Shown one piece after another: positions 40,001-50,000 of a DNA stretch of 64,000 nucleotides. The stretch is taken from NCBI GenBank assembly GCA_964016885.1, contig OZ024761.1:17918001-17982000 (forward strand), read 5' to 3'. The notes below the pieces were generated by a model that did not search any database, was not told the origin of the DNA, and saw nothing but the letters and a program-made list of their open reading frames with translations. The DNA is from Eledone cirrhosa. Its lineage: Eukaryota. Within the stretch, counting starts at the first letter, position 1, and each line of letters starts with the position of its first letter. Both the position numbers and the translations under genes were made by a program.

Positions 40001-40611
40001 TTTCTATTTCTATAGTCCGTTTACCATTACCTTCCAAAAGAATGTCTGACGAATATAACAACTTTGTCAATGATGCCAGGTAAGATATCTATTGACTGTT
40101 TTTCCACTTTGTTTAACCCTAGGCCAGCCCTGATCCAACACACCTACGATCAAAAATGTTCCAACTGTGATGTACCTGTCTTATATTTTGACATAATATA
40201 TCTAGGACTACATTCTCTAATGTGCCATTGCTTGTTGTTTAGCCCGAGGTCAGCCCTGATCCAGAAGACTTATGATCAGAAAATCTCTGATCTCAAAGAT
40301 TCCATCCATAGTATGGTCACAACTGGAACATCCCTTTATGGTTTGATTAGGAGCAACAACAAACACAAATTAACCCTCTATTCTTTGAAACATGAGAAAA
40401 TAAATGTTAAACATTGAAAATATTACCACCAGCCTCTCCCTAAAACAAAACTCTATTTAATATTGCTCTTTCTCTATTTGTTTCCAGACGACAGTATATG
40501 AATGAGAATTACAAGAAAGCTTTATATGCAGCTCTGAAAGCCCTTAGCCATAATTCCAGTGATACGAGGTTGCAGACGTTTGCACTAAAATTGAAAAAAC
40601 TTTGTAAATAA
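16663..40611 (+). CDS. ERCC6L: DNA excision repair protein ERCC-6-like / PICH (SNF2-family DNA translocase); 20 coding exons, about 1608 aa
   Basis: Exons 16663-16833, 20194-20732, 21045-21170, 22152-22320, 23023-23148, 23700-23792, 24469-24599, 25190-25295, 26462-26592, 26858-27176, 28093-28206, 28743-28791, 30666-30855, 31486-31637, 32634-32725, 34413-34629, 35303-35601, 36629-38243, 40016-40079, 40488-40611 join in frame through GT-AG introns. N- and C-terminal TPR-like helices, SNF2 motifs (LFPHQREG, ADDMGLGKT, LDEGHKIKN, TGTPIQNNL, FSQS, VGGVGLNLTAAD, WNPAIDSQAVDRVYRIGQ) and the PICH-like GISDHDL are present. Confidence 0.93.
17486..18110. repeat. Unclassified dispersed repeat, three diverged copies (also about 19310-19810 and inverted at about 52330-52990)
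   Basis: GGGAAGTAAATCTTGA...GATTTCT(C/T)TCCCCTTGATT is shared, and 17486-17960 is the reverse complement of about 52330-52990. Two copies end at GAACTGTTTCATTCGTA. Confidence 0.7.
20194..20732 (+). CDS. ERCC6L: ERCC6L coding exon 2 (low-complexity linker, Q motif, start of Walker A)
   Basis: CAG|AAATACATG...LFPHQREGMKWL...GGIVADDMG|GTTAGC. Confidence 0.9.
21045..21170 (+). CDS. ERCC6L: ERCC6L coding exon 3
   Basis: LGKTVLMIGYL...VLIVLPSSLVLPWCREIDKW|GTAAGT. Confidence 0.9.
22152..22320 (+). CDS. ERCC6L: ERCC6L coding exon 4
   Basis: APTMDYDTFH...IQRRGGLMLMTYG...EFIW|GTAATA. Confidence 0.9.
23023..23148 (+). CDS. ERCC6L: ERCC6L coding exon 5 (Walker B, motif III)
   Basis: DYVILDEGHKIKNP...MTGTPIQNNLQ|GTAATT. 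Confidence 0.93.
23220..23560. repeat. About 22-26 bp minisatellite (TATATCTACACACACACACCAGCCGA)
   Basis: Tandem units read directly. Confidence 0.85.
23700..23792 (+). CDS. ERCC6L: ERCC6L coding exon 6
   Basis: ELWCLFDFVHQGSLLGTKKTFKMKYENPITR|GTAAGG. Confidence 0.92.
24469..24599 (+). CDS. ERCC6L: ERCC6L coding exon 7
   Basis: ARQKDASLEEKQLG...IIAPYFLRRTK...|GTGAGG. Confidence 0.9.
25190..25295 (+). CDS. ERCC6L: ERCC6L coding exon 8
   Basis: LKKLPRKNDLIVWVKMTDCQKQVYESYL...Q|GTAAAA. Confidence 0.9.
25293..25477. repeat. 40-41 bp tandem repeat that includes the exon-8 splice donor
   Basis: (C/T)AG|GTAAAAA at 25293, 25334, 25375, 25415 and 25456. Confidence 0.9.
25949..26366. repeat. About 71-bp intronic minisatellite, about 6 copies
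   Basis: AGGCTCAGTGTTGAACATCCCTCTGACTCTGGGTCCCTTG(T/C)TCTGCTAGACACAGCACTGACAGCAATATC in tandem. Confidence 0.9.
26462..26592 (+). CDS. ERCC6L: ERCC6L coding exon 9
   Basis: LMSSSKSPLLALVILKKLCDHLRLLS...|GTAAGT. Confidence 0.9.
26858..27176 (+). CDS. ERCC6L: ERCC6L coding exon 10 (motif IV)
   Basis: ...ESSKLMVLMELL...HKCVVFSQSVKMFDIIQKILNNL|GTGAGA. Confidence 0.9.
28093..28206 (+). CDS. ERCC6L: ERCC6L coding exon 11
   Basis: NLKYVRMDGKV...ERARLIRKFETDDSIFIFLLTTQ|GTAAGT. Confidence 0.92.
28743..28791 (+). CDS. ERCC6L: ERCC6L coding exon 12 (49-nt exon, motif V)
   Basis: VGGVGLNLTAADRIII|GTATAC. Confidence 0.92.
29221..29431. mobile_element. MITE with perfect 43-bp terminal inverted repeats
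   Basis: TATTGTTATACTTTGGGAGGGTCATGCTGCCAATAAAAACACA (29221-29263) is inverted at 29389-29431. Confidence 0.8.
30666..30855 (+). CDS. ERCC6L: ERCC6L coding exon 13 (motif VI)
   Basis: DPSWNPAIDSQAVDRVYRIGQTKNVIIFRLMTCGSVEEKVYIRQLFK...DPFR|GTAATC. Confidence 0.93.
30877..31305. repeat. CAC/CAT-rich trinucleotide-derived minisatellite
   Basis: CACCAACACTATCGTCACCATCAT units; similar tracts at 6270-6485 and 28510-28695. Confidence 0.85.
31486..31637 (+). CDS. ERCC6L: ERCC6L coding exon 14
   Basis: YFTKQDLKQLF...SETQQQLHAMY...LDQHIAFIESLD|GTAAGT. Confidence 0.9.
31664..32302. repeat. 71/72-bp tandem array (about 9 copies) derived from the SINE/RTE body motif
   Basis: GACTTGCCCTTCCTATCACCAACATTACAGAGTGTACTGGGTGCATCTATCATATAGGTCACCACCACTAGA, with two alternating variants. 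Confidence 0.9.
32634..32725 (+). CDS. ERCC6L: ERCC6L coding exon 15
   Basis: VFGISDHDLVFSKDDDDQE...ETI|GTAAGT. Confidence 0.9.
34413..34629 (+). CDS. ERCC6L: ERCC6L coding exon 16
   Basis: CAG|VVRAEEAIRSE...RATNT|GTATGT, phases consistent with neighbouring exons. Confidence 0.8.
35303..35601 (+). CDS. ERCC6L: ERCC6L coding exon 17 (N/S-rich, contains STP motif)
   Basis: NDDGDDDILIISDSE...IIPSTPPTQPATET|GTAAGT. Confidence 0.8.
35628..35810. mobile_element. pogo/Tigger-like MITE
   Basis: TACCGTATTTCC...GGAAATACGGTA termini with TA ends. Confidence 0.65.
36629..38243 (+). CDS. ERCC6L: ERCC6L coding exon 18 (1615 nt, disordered acidic/Ser-rich region)
   Basis: TTACAG|KFFPDF... open in the frame of ORF 36869 up to ATGG|GTGAGT. 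Confidence 0.85.
38252..38604 (-). mobile_element. Full-length tRNA-headed SINE with CORE-like body and RTE-type (TGA)n tail (representative)
   Basis: Minus strand GGCACATGGCTTAGTGGTTAGAGC...GAGTTCAATTC (A/B boxes), TTCCTTGAGCAAGACACTT, GGTGTTAGGAAGGGCATCCAGC, GGACGTAAAATGA(TGA)n, with TSD TGAGTAT. Copies at about 45465(+), 50885-51228(-), 62200-62572(-), 63790(-) and many truncated ones. Confidence 0.85.
39327..39737. mobile_element. piggyBac-like TTAA MITE containing a nested copy of itself (39419-39626)
   Basis: TTAA-CCCTTTAGCATTT...AAATGCTAAAGGG-TTAA. Other copies at about 22360-22513, 42283-42488, 54138 and 58638-58842. Confidence 0.85.
40016..40079 (+). CDS. ERCC6L: ERCC6L coding exon 19
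   Basis: TATAG|..RLPLPSKRMSDEYTNFVNDAR|GTAAGA. Confidence 0.85.
40488..40611 (+). CDS. ERCC6L: ERCC6L last coding exon (C-terminal TPR-like)
   Basis: RQYMNENYKKALYAALKALSHNSSDTRLQTFALKLKKLCK* resembles the PICH C-terminal TPR. AATAAA at 40734 and 41183. Confidence 0.88.
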
Positions 40612-40643
40612 ACTTCAAAAGAATGCTCAGACATAACAGCATA

Positions 40644-40945
40644 TACTCTCGGGTCTCAAATAATGGGGATGGGGGTGAGAATTTGGAAAATCGACAATTT
40701 TTCTAGGTTGTCTGCCTTAATTTTTTTTTTTTTAATAAACAGAACTAGTTGTTTGAAATCCCAACCCATTCTATTTATTTTATAATGTACGAGATTTCTT
40801 GTAATTTTTTTTTTTTTGTCATGTATAATGTTTTTTAATCTATAAAGACAATTGTCGTAGGAATGCTTCCACTTTAAACAAAATTTGATAAGTGGGTAGG
40901 AGGGAATAAGAATTGGGTGGGGCTGTTATTTAAGACCTGAGAGTA
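40644..40945. mobile_element. TA-flanked MITE-like inverted repeat in ERCC6L 3'UTR
   Basis: TACTCTCGGGTCTCAAATAA (40644) versus TTATTTAAGACCTGAGAGTA (ends 40945). Confidence 0.55.
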
Positions 40946-43900
40946 CGTAACTGTATATATATATACTGTGTGCGTATGTGATTGTGAACATGTATGTGCA
41001 TAAGTGACAGTATGTGTGTCATGCCTATACATATTTGTTTCGGAATAACTGGGTGTTTCTCTGTATATTTACGCGAGATTATATGCAATAGAATTACGTA
41101 CTTTCATAATTTTATCTCTCCATCTTTTTTACAGCTCTCTCATGATCATTTTTGTATGGTTTTAACTTAAATGTTTATGATAAATAAAATGTATATCTAT
41201 ATTTATACACATACACACCTGCTTGGATTATTTGTAATATCTCAAATTGTTGTTGCTACCAGTTTTCTACTGATTTCTGTGTCACAATGGGTTATATAGT
41301 TGCATAAACCAAGCTCCTAGTACATACTGTAAAGCGCTAAGTGTTAGGAAGGGCATCCAGCAGTAGACACCATGCTCCCTGTACACACTGTAAACTGGTT
41401 GGTATTAGGAAGGGCATCCAGCTGTAGAAGCCATGCCGAAAATGGAATATATGTGTAATCACCTGACTAGTCTAATCACAGAACATTACAACCCGTCTAA
41501 TCCTTCCAGGGTGAATTGGATGCTGTTTCTAGTGTCACCATCACGACCACCTTACAGGATGAACTGGGTGTTTTTGCTGTGGGAGATCAGAGAGTTTCCA
41601 GCTTTCGTGTTTGTATGTGTGGGTTTGTGCAGGCAAGGTGTATCTATAAGTATAAATGATATATCAATTGAGAAACATTAGTATTTTGTAAATAGAAGTC
41701 TCCAGCCCACACTGTAAAGGGGTCACAACAAAAAACACCATACAGTGTAAATGAGGTTGGCATTAGGAAGGGCATCCAGCTGTAGAAAACTAGCCAGAAG
41801 CAGCTCTATATGAGCAATTCAGTCACATGACCTGACCCAACTTGCCTCTATTAGGACAACCTGTCTAACCCATGTTAGCATGGAAAATGGACGTTAAAAG
41901 ATGATAATGATATAGAAACAAATATGTAAATTTAAATATATACTCATCAGTATTAAAGTGGAGGAAGCACTTTTAAACTGGCTTGTCTTCAGGCACATGG
42001 ATAGACATGTATGTCTAATGGTCGCACATACATGTTAAGTGTATGAAACTTAGTTTACTCAGCTGTAGAAATGAGATGATAGGGACTGGGGTCCATATCA
42101 TTCCACTGTAAAGTGGTCGTAGAGGTGCCACGGCAAAAAAGCAGCCAGCACTCACTGTGAATGAGGTTAGTGTTAGGAAGGGCATCCAGCTGTAGAAATC
42201 AAGCCAGAATCAGTTCCCGTCCCACCCTTGCAAGCAGGGAAAAGTGGACGTAGAATGATGAATGATGAATACACACCACCGTTTAACCCTTTAGCATTTA
42301 TATTACTCTATATTTACTATGATATTTTCATGATAAAGCCTTTACCTTACATAATATCGAATCTATGAGATTTTGATATTATTTAGTTTGAGAACAATAC
42401 CTTAACATAAGTATGAGTGGCTGGTTTGAACAGAAAGTGGTGAAAGAATTCTGACTGGATACATCCGGTTTAAATGCTAAAGGGTTAACATCTATTTTCC
42501 ATGGGGAATGTGTGTGTGTGTAATATATATAAGTATTACTACCTCTGAGAAAGAAAGAACTCAATAAGTTTATGGGGTAAAGATTTATTATTGTAATTGA
42601 AGGATTCAATACCTGACAGTGGTAAGTGGCTATATACTTATATATTGTTCAAACCCTATCATTGTTGACAGGGTGGCTTACATCTTCACATAATATTTGG
42701 TGGACTGGCAGAGCGTCAGATAAAATGCCATTGTGGTGTATATATTTTGAGTTGAAATCTCGCCACGGTCAACTCTGTCTTTCATTCTTTTGGGGTCGAT
42801 AAAATATAGTTCCAGTCAAGTACTGGGGGTTCATTTAATCAACTTTGCCCTGTCCCCACCCATGAAATTTGTTGGCCTTGTGTCTCAACTGAAATCAATA
42901 ATTGCCAATTACATATAAAGTGTTCAGGTTTCACCTTTAGTTTTATTATAACTAATAATTTATATTTTTGGCAACATGAATACATATATATACACTCTGT
43001 CACGACAAAAAAGCGCCCAGTCCACACTGTTGAGTGGTCAATAAAATGTCATTAGGAAGAACATCTAGCCATGAAAACCAAGCCAAAATCAGTTCTGTAA
43101 GAGCAAAACACAGTCATCTGATCTGGCTTGTCTCATAATGGAACAACTTGCCTAACCCATGAAAACATAAGCATTAAAAGGTGATGATGATTCATATATA
43201 TATATATGGACCTGTAACTCATGATGGATAGATAGGGGTGGCCTAATGACAATGTCTTGCGCAATCCTTCCTTCACTGAACATGGCTAATCCCTTCCAGA
43301 GGAGTGGTAGAGAGGAAGAATCGTCCCCAGTACTGGACTGGCTCTCTTTTTCTTTTTTTTTGTCCTTGTCCTTGTCCTTGTCCTTGACCTTGAAAGGATG
43401 GGATGGCAGGATTAGAACTCAGAATATAGAGACCTATATGAAATACCACAAAGCATTCTATCCAATGTTCTGATGATTCTGTCAATTTGCCGATACATAG
43501 AAAAAAAAAAGTTGTTGATCTACTTTCATCAAATCGGACCAAGGAAACAGTCTTTCCAATTGCTAATGCTATCTATCGGTCGCAACTCCAGGTAGAAGGA
43601 GCAACGTGAAATGGTGTCTTGCTCAAGGACATAACGTATTGCCCGGTCCAGGATACATAGGATTACATATATAAATATGCATTTTGTAAATTTTCTTCTA
43701 ATTTTTTTCAAGGGTTGACTTTTATACGAGGTCTATGAAAAACCCAGATGTTTTGGCCAAAAATAAGGGGTCGACTTTTACTCAAGTATATACAGTATAT
43801 ATAAAGAAGCAGTTACTTTTAATACAAGTTTTGCCTTGTAGCTTAGATATTTGCCACACTTTATTCTGTGGGTTGTGAGAGATGTACACAGCTTCTGAGA

Positions 43901-44870
43901 ATGGTTCCAACCAAACCGAAACTCAGGTCTATAGAAGAATCGCCATCATTTAACGTCCGCTCACCCTGCTAGCAAGGATTGAACAAGTCTAATAGACCAA
44001 GTCATTACTGAAGTCCCAGACAGGCTGAGAGGTCTCTATTCTGTTCAGGTATGGTCATATTGAGTGCAGAAGAGAAGTTATGTCTTTTGAAACAAATTGA
44101 AGGGCCCTTTTAGCACCTCGTTTGGCATGCTTTCTATGGCTGGATGCCCTTCCTAACACCAACCATTTTACAGCATGTACTGGGTGCTTTTATTGTGCAG
44201 ATCACTAGCACAAAGATATATAAACAAGACTTTATTATACCAACCTCTACCCTATCCCACCCTGGTGATGAAATGTTTTCCATTTTGGCACAGGGTTGTT
44301 TTGAGATATTGTTCTTCTTGACACCAACCCTTTTAGTTGCTTCTTACAACATGCAGGGACACAGTATACTTATTCTAAACTGTTTATATCATCATCATTT
44401 TAACATCTGCTTTCCCTGCTAGCAAATGTGGGATGGGTCTACATAGACCAAGTCAGTACTGAAGTGGAGCTACTGATCTCCCAGACAGGCCAGAGATCTG
44501 CATCTCGCATTAATGTATATATATGTGAACATATATATATATATATATCGACAGTCAATCGACAAGATTCCAGACCGCATTCGCCTCGGTCAAACTAGAC
44601 CAAGAAAACAATGTTTCCATTGGTCTTTCCAATTGCTAATACTATCTATCCGTCGCAAATCCAGGTAGAAGGAGCAACGGGAAATAAAGTGTCTTGCTCA
44701 AGGACACAACACATCGCCCGGTCCGGGAATCAAATATATATGTATGTATGTATGTATAAACAATTATTGGTTTTGTTGCTATAGTAAGTCATCTCTCAAT
44801 GTGTCTGTGTGTTTTGATCCAACATCCGACCTTTAACCGACATGTATGTATAAGGAAGTAATTACCTCTG

Positions 44871-45005
44871 TCAGTACTGGATCCTGTTTGGCTGGTTATT
44901 ACTTATCAATGGTGTGTTATCTCCAACAAAGTTCAGTTGAAAACAGAGGCAGTTGATTTCGTTGCATCCTGGGTCACAGCTACAGTCACACTTGCAGTTG
45001 CCGAA
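44871..45005 (-). CDS. Cys-rich TM gene, last exon
   Basis: TTCTTCAG|[44 protein letters not shown]. Confidence 0.75.
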   Translation of the reverse strand, partial: FGNCKCDCSCDPGCNEINCLCFQLNFVGDNTPLISNNQPNRIQY

Positions 45006-46717
45006 CTGAAGAAAGAAAAAGTTAAAGAAGTTGACAGTGAATAATTACATATGTATGTGTGTGTGTATATATATATCCATACATAGGTTATGTTCCTAGA
45101 GCACTCTTTGCGGGTGCCTATGAATACCGAGGCCAACTATATATATATATATATGTGTGTGTGTGTATGTAGCCATAACTACTAATGTAGTTGTAGGCAC
45201 ACCATCGTGACATAAAATGTGTCTTGGGCATTTTAAACCTGGCAGAGTCCATCTCCTTTCCAGCAGATATCTTCCAGAGAAGGAGAGAAAGAGATATAGA
45301 GGAAGAATCATCCCAGTTTTGGACTGATACTATATTTATCGACCTCAAAGGGATAAAAAGCAAAGTTGACCTCAGCAGTATCTGAACTCAAAATGCAGAG
45401 TCTGAATGAATAACAAATTATTTTGTCTCAAATTCTAATGACTCTGCCAAATAACTGCAAATGAAGGCACATGACTTAGTGGTTAGAGCATTGGATTTGC
45501 AATCGAAAGGTTGTGACTTCAATTCTCGGACTGGGTGATGTGTTGTTTCCTTGAGCAAGACACTTTATTTCACATTGCTCCAGTTTACTCAGCTGTAAAA
45601 ATGAGATGATAGGACTGGGGTCCCTATCATTCCACTGCAAAGTGGTCCTGGAGGTGCCACAGCAAAAAAGCACCCAGCCCACACTGTAAAGTGGACGTGT
45701 AGGCGCCACAGGAGAGAAAAAAAAAAAAAAAAAAAAAAGCACCCAGCACTCACTGTAAATGAGGTTGGTGTTAGAAAGGGCATCCAGCTGTAGAAATCAA
45801 GCCAGAATCAGTTGAGCAAGACAAGGTCAGCCGCCCGGACACTGCCTACAACAGGACAACCCGTCTAATCCATGCTAGTGTGGAAGAACGGTGATGATGA
45901 TGAATATAGATATTTCATCATTTTTAATACATTAAATATATCTGGTAATTTTCTAAAGATATATGTCTGTGGTACTTTTTTCTATTGTCTTCAGCAGGAT
46001 TTGAACTCAGAGAGCTGGAACGGATATCACAGAGCATTCTACCTGATGTTCTAACAACTCTGCCAAAGGAAAATAATAAACAAACAGACAATTGATCTTC
46101 TTAATGTCCACCACTTTAGAGAATGAACTGGTTGCATTTTATCATGGTACCATATATATGTATATACTAGCAGATTTTTTAAACTTGGAAAGTGTAACAA
46201 AGAATAAACAAAAACAAACGATAATATTTGATTGTTGTTTTAAAATTGAAAACGAAGGCCTCCATATCTCACTCTCTTTATAAAGATTGTCAATAAAGTT
46301 GGTTATCTCCCTTACATCAATTTTTGCTACCGATAATTTTTATTGCTCAACGTGGGTCGATTGGAAAAATGTTTGTGATGTAACCATCTTAGCGATTTGG
46401 TCAAATTCGGTTGGTAATTGTAAAAGCCTTAGATATCCAAAGTTGTACACAGACACATACACATTCTCGCTTTTGTATATATAAAGATATATATATATAT
46501 ATATATATAATGTATAGAGTGAGAGAGAAGCCAGTAGTTTGGAGCAAATTATTATATAGCGATTGTTAATAATAGAAAAAAAAAAAATTACTTACACCAC
46601 ATGTGTTTCCAGAACTAGCGCCAGCACAACATTGGCACAGAATTATATCAACACAGTCCATTTGCTGTAGAGGAGAGAGAAGACATAAATATATATATAT
46701 ATATATAAACATACATA

Positions 46718-46758
<41 letters not shown>

Positions 46759-46958
46759 ATATATATATATATATATATATAAACATATATATATATATAA
46801 ACATATATATATATATAAACATATATATATATATATATAAACATATAATGAAGGAAGTGTGGTAAGGAACCAGGTGGACCATATTGCAGTAGGGTCAGAA
46901 AGTGCTTTACTACGGAGGTAGGAGCTAGTTTTCTTCATTGTACTGTATATATATAGCT

Positions 46959-47019
<61 letters not shown>

Positions 47020-50000
47020 TATGCGTCCGGAATGATGCTGGTGTACTTAGTGTCACAAATGATCAGAAAAAGGAGGCCTGGAAATGTCATTATAATAATA
47101 ATAATAATGAAATATTGTGTACAGTGCTCAGGTGCACTACAACTCATCAAAAAGTGTATGTATAGTACATAGGGTAATGTACAAACATCAGGAAAATGAA
47201 CAGTGCATGAGTCATGATACACATGTGTGCATGTGTATGGAAGGGGTACATCAGGTGTAGTTTTGGCGTATTTCGGGAAGCATGAGTGTCTTAAAGGATG
47301 CAGTGTCTCGGCAGCTAACAACTGATGCAGGCAGTTTGTTCCATGCTTCAGCAACTCTGAGCGTGAAAAAATGTTTACGAAAGTCATGGGAGCTGTGCTG
47401 TTTTCTGATTTTGTAGGCATGTCCACGTGTGTTAGACACATGGAGATCAAAAAGGTGCTCAGGGTTGCAATTGGCGAGATGGTTAATAACTTTGTGGGTA
47501 TTTACCAAGTCCATTGCCAGACGTTGGAGCTTCAATGAATCCATGCCCAGGGAAGCAAGGCGTTCAGAGTATGGTAGGTGTCTGATGGAGGGTATGCACT
47601 CTCCAGTTGGTCCTCTTCGCAATCCCCATACAACCCAGATCACTGACGATCCCAAAGAATGCGCAGAACTCATTGCTGAGTGCTATGCAAGTATTTTTAC
47701 TGTTGAAAACCAGAATGTACCATCTCCACCATCTCTAACATCAAATTCCATAACAACTATGGAATTTACACCTGCAATGTTGCGACGTCACCTTAAGAAT
47801 AAGCGCAACTATGCCTCCCCTGGTCTTGATGGTGTTATATACCTGCTTCTCAAACGTGGCGGGTATTTCCTTTTGCGCCAGCTTTCTTTCTTCTTTCAAT
47901 ACTGTCTCAACAATGGTGCTAGAAATCAAGCCAGAATCAATTCCTGTATGAGCAAGACAAGGTCAGCCGACTGGAAACTGTTCACAACAGGACAACCCGT
48001 CTAACCCATGCTAGCGTGGAAGAACGGACGTAAAACGATGATGATGATGATATATATATATATATATATATACAGTACAATGAAGAAAAATATTAGTTTT
48101 ATGCTTGATACAGTAGGAAAAGAGTCTTAACGTTTTGAATGCTAGTCCTTCATCAGAAAATAGATTGAAAAATTAAAGAAGAAATAGAAAAACAGAGGAG
48201 AATGAGCAGGGACAGAAATGAAAAGGACTGTTTATTTCACCATATATAGGCATAGAATTATATCAACACAGTCCATTTGATATAGAGGAGGGAGACGATA
48301 TATATAATCATCAGTCGTGTTTTTCATATTTTTGGCAGGGTCTTTCTGGCTGTATGCTCTTCCAACCACTTTACAGCATGGACTGGGTGCAATATTCATG
48401 CCACCAGCACTAGAGAGGTTAACTTACTGGACTCAAGAGTCCTCTCCACCCCGTATTAGTTTTTATTTGGCAAAACACCATTGGCAGCATATTTATTTCA
48501 TTAGACAACCCCTTAGGCATTTGGAATCATATGAGTAAGAGGAAAAGCAGGAGGATTTAACTGACCTTTCTTTGGGGACAGCAGGCATCTAAACATTTTT
48601 CTATACTTGGTACAGAACAAGTACATTTTTCTGATATGGCAAGACAACACGGCATACACATGTTGTCTGGTTTTGCACCACAGATGACGCACTCTGCACA
48701 CATACCCCGCTTCTGTATGGAAAAAAGTAAAAGATAGAGAATGATCAGAAGACATAATTAGAAAGAAAGAGACAAAAATAAACACCTCTCTCCACAATGA
48801 ATGTAATTTGTGTTGTGGATTAACCCTTAAAGTACCGCACTGCATGAAACCACATTAGTAAAATATTGTTGAAAAGTATGAAACAGCTCTATGGTATGGA
48901 GCCATAACTCCTGAGGAGTCATAGGGGCACCATATTGTCATACAGCATTTTTAGGGCATTTTTTAAAACCTGGCAGAGTTCATTTCCTCTCCAGGCCTGA
49001 ATACAGTAGATTTCTCTCAGAGTAAGATAGAAGGAGTGAGAGAAAATAAGTGAGGAAGAATCGACCCCAGTACTTGACTCGTACTTTTTTTTTTATCGAC
49101 CATTAATAGATGAAAGGCAAAGTTGACCTCAGCGGGATTTGAACTCAGAGAGCAGAGGGCCGAATACAAAGCATCCAACATTCTAACAACTGCCTATGGC
49201 TGCATTTAATTTAAAGATTAAAATTTTTACTTTAGTATACTGCAAATTTTCACAACAATCTGTCTACAGTAAAGATATTATAAACATTTGAATTCCCAAA
49301 CCCATTTTTAGATATGTTTTGCTCAGTTAAGAGATAATACCACAAAAAGCCAGAATCCGCCCCTAGTTCTACAATACAAAGATATTTATTTGAACGTGTT
49401 TATATTATCTCAAAAAACTTCCACCATAGTTTATATGAGAACTTTTGTTAAGTTATACCTCAAACACAAGTTTAATAATGTTGTTAATTGATTATTTTTA
49501 AATGGGTTGAAAATCTTAGGTAGTGTATATCATTAGAAATATGGCAATGAAAGGATTAAAGTGTTTAGTACCAAGATTGGAGATACAATACATTATAAAA
49601 GATCTACCAACTATAAACAAAATCTTTGAGTACATGGAGATTACGAAAAGATTCACCAACAGAACCTTTTAGCTGCTTTACAGCATTCCATTTTTTCTTT
49701 ATTTTTATATGCTTATTTTGCCACAAATTGGCCTTCCCTATTCAATTTTTTTTATTTTGTTTTAAATTTAAATTTTTACTTTTATATTCACTTATTTCTG
49801 TATATCTTGTTTTTTGTTTCTCAACTGTAAGAAGTACTAGATACTTCTCTTAGTCTGTCATGGCTTACTAGCTCTATACAGACGTTTAAATTGATAAAAT
49901 ATATATATTTATCTAAAACCTTCCATTATAATTTCATATAAGAACCTTTGATAAGCTATGCTCCAAGTAACCAACATAATAATAAAATTAGTTATATTAC

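Noticed and set aside
45465-45540. tRNA gene-like sequence with A and B boxes
   Set aside because: Head of a multicopy SINE that continues into SINE body; no complete cloverleaf
48118-48165. Minus-strand hammerhead-like CTGATGAAGGAC...TTCAAAACGTTA
   Set aside because: The GAAA core reads AAAA and stem I cannot be formed; at most a dead copy
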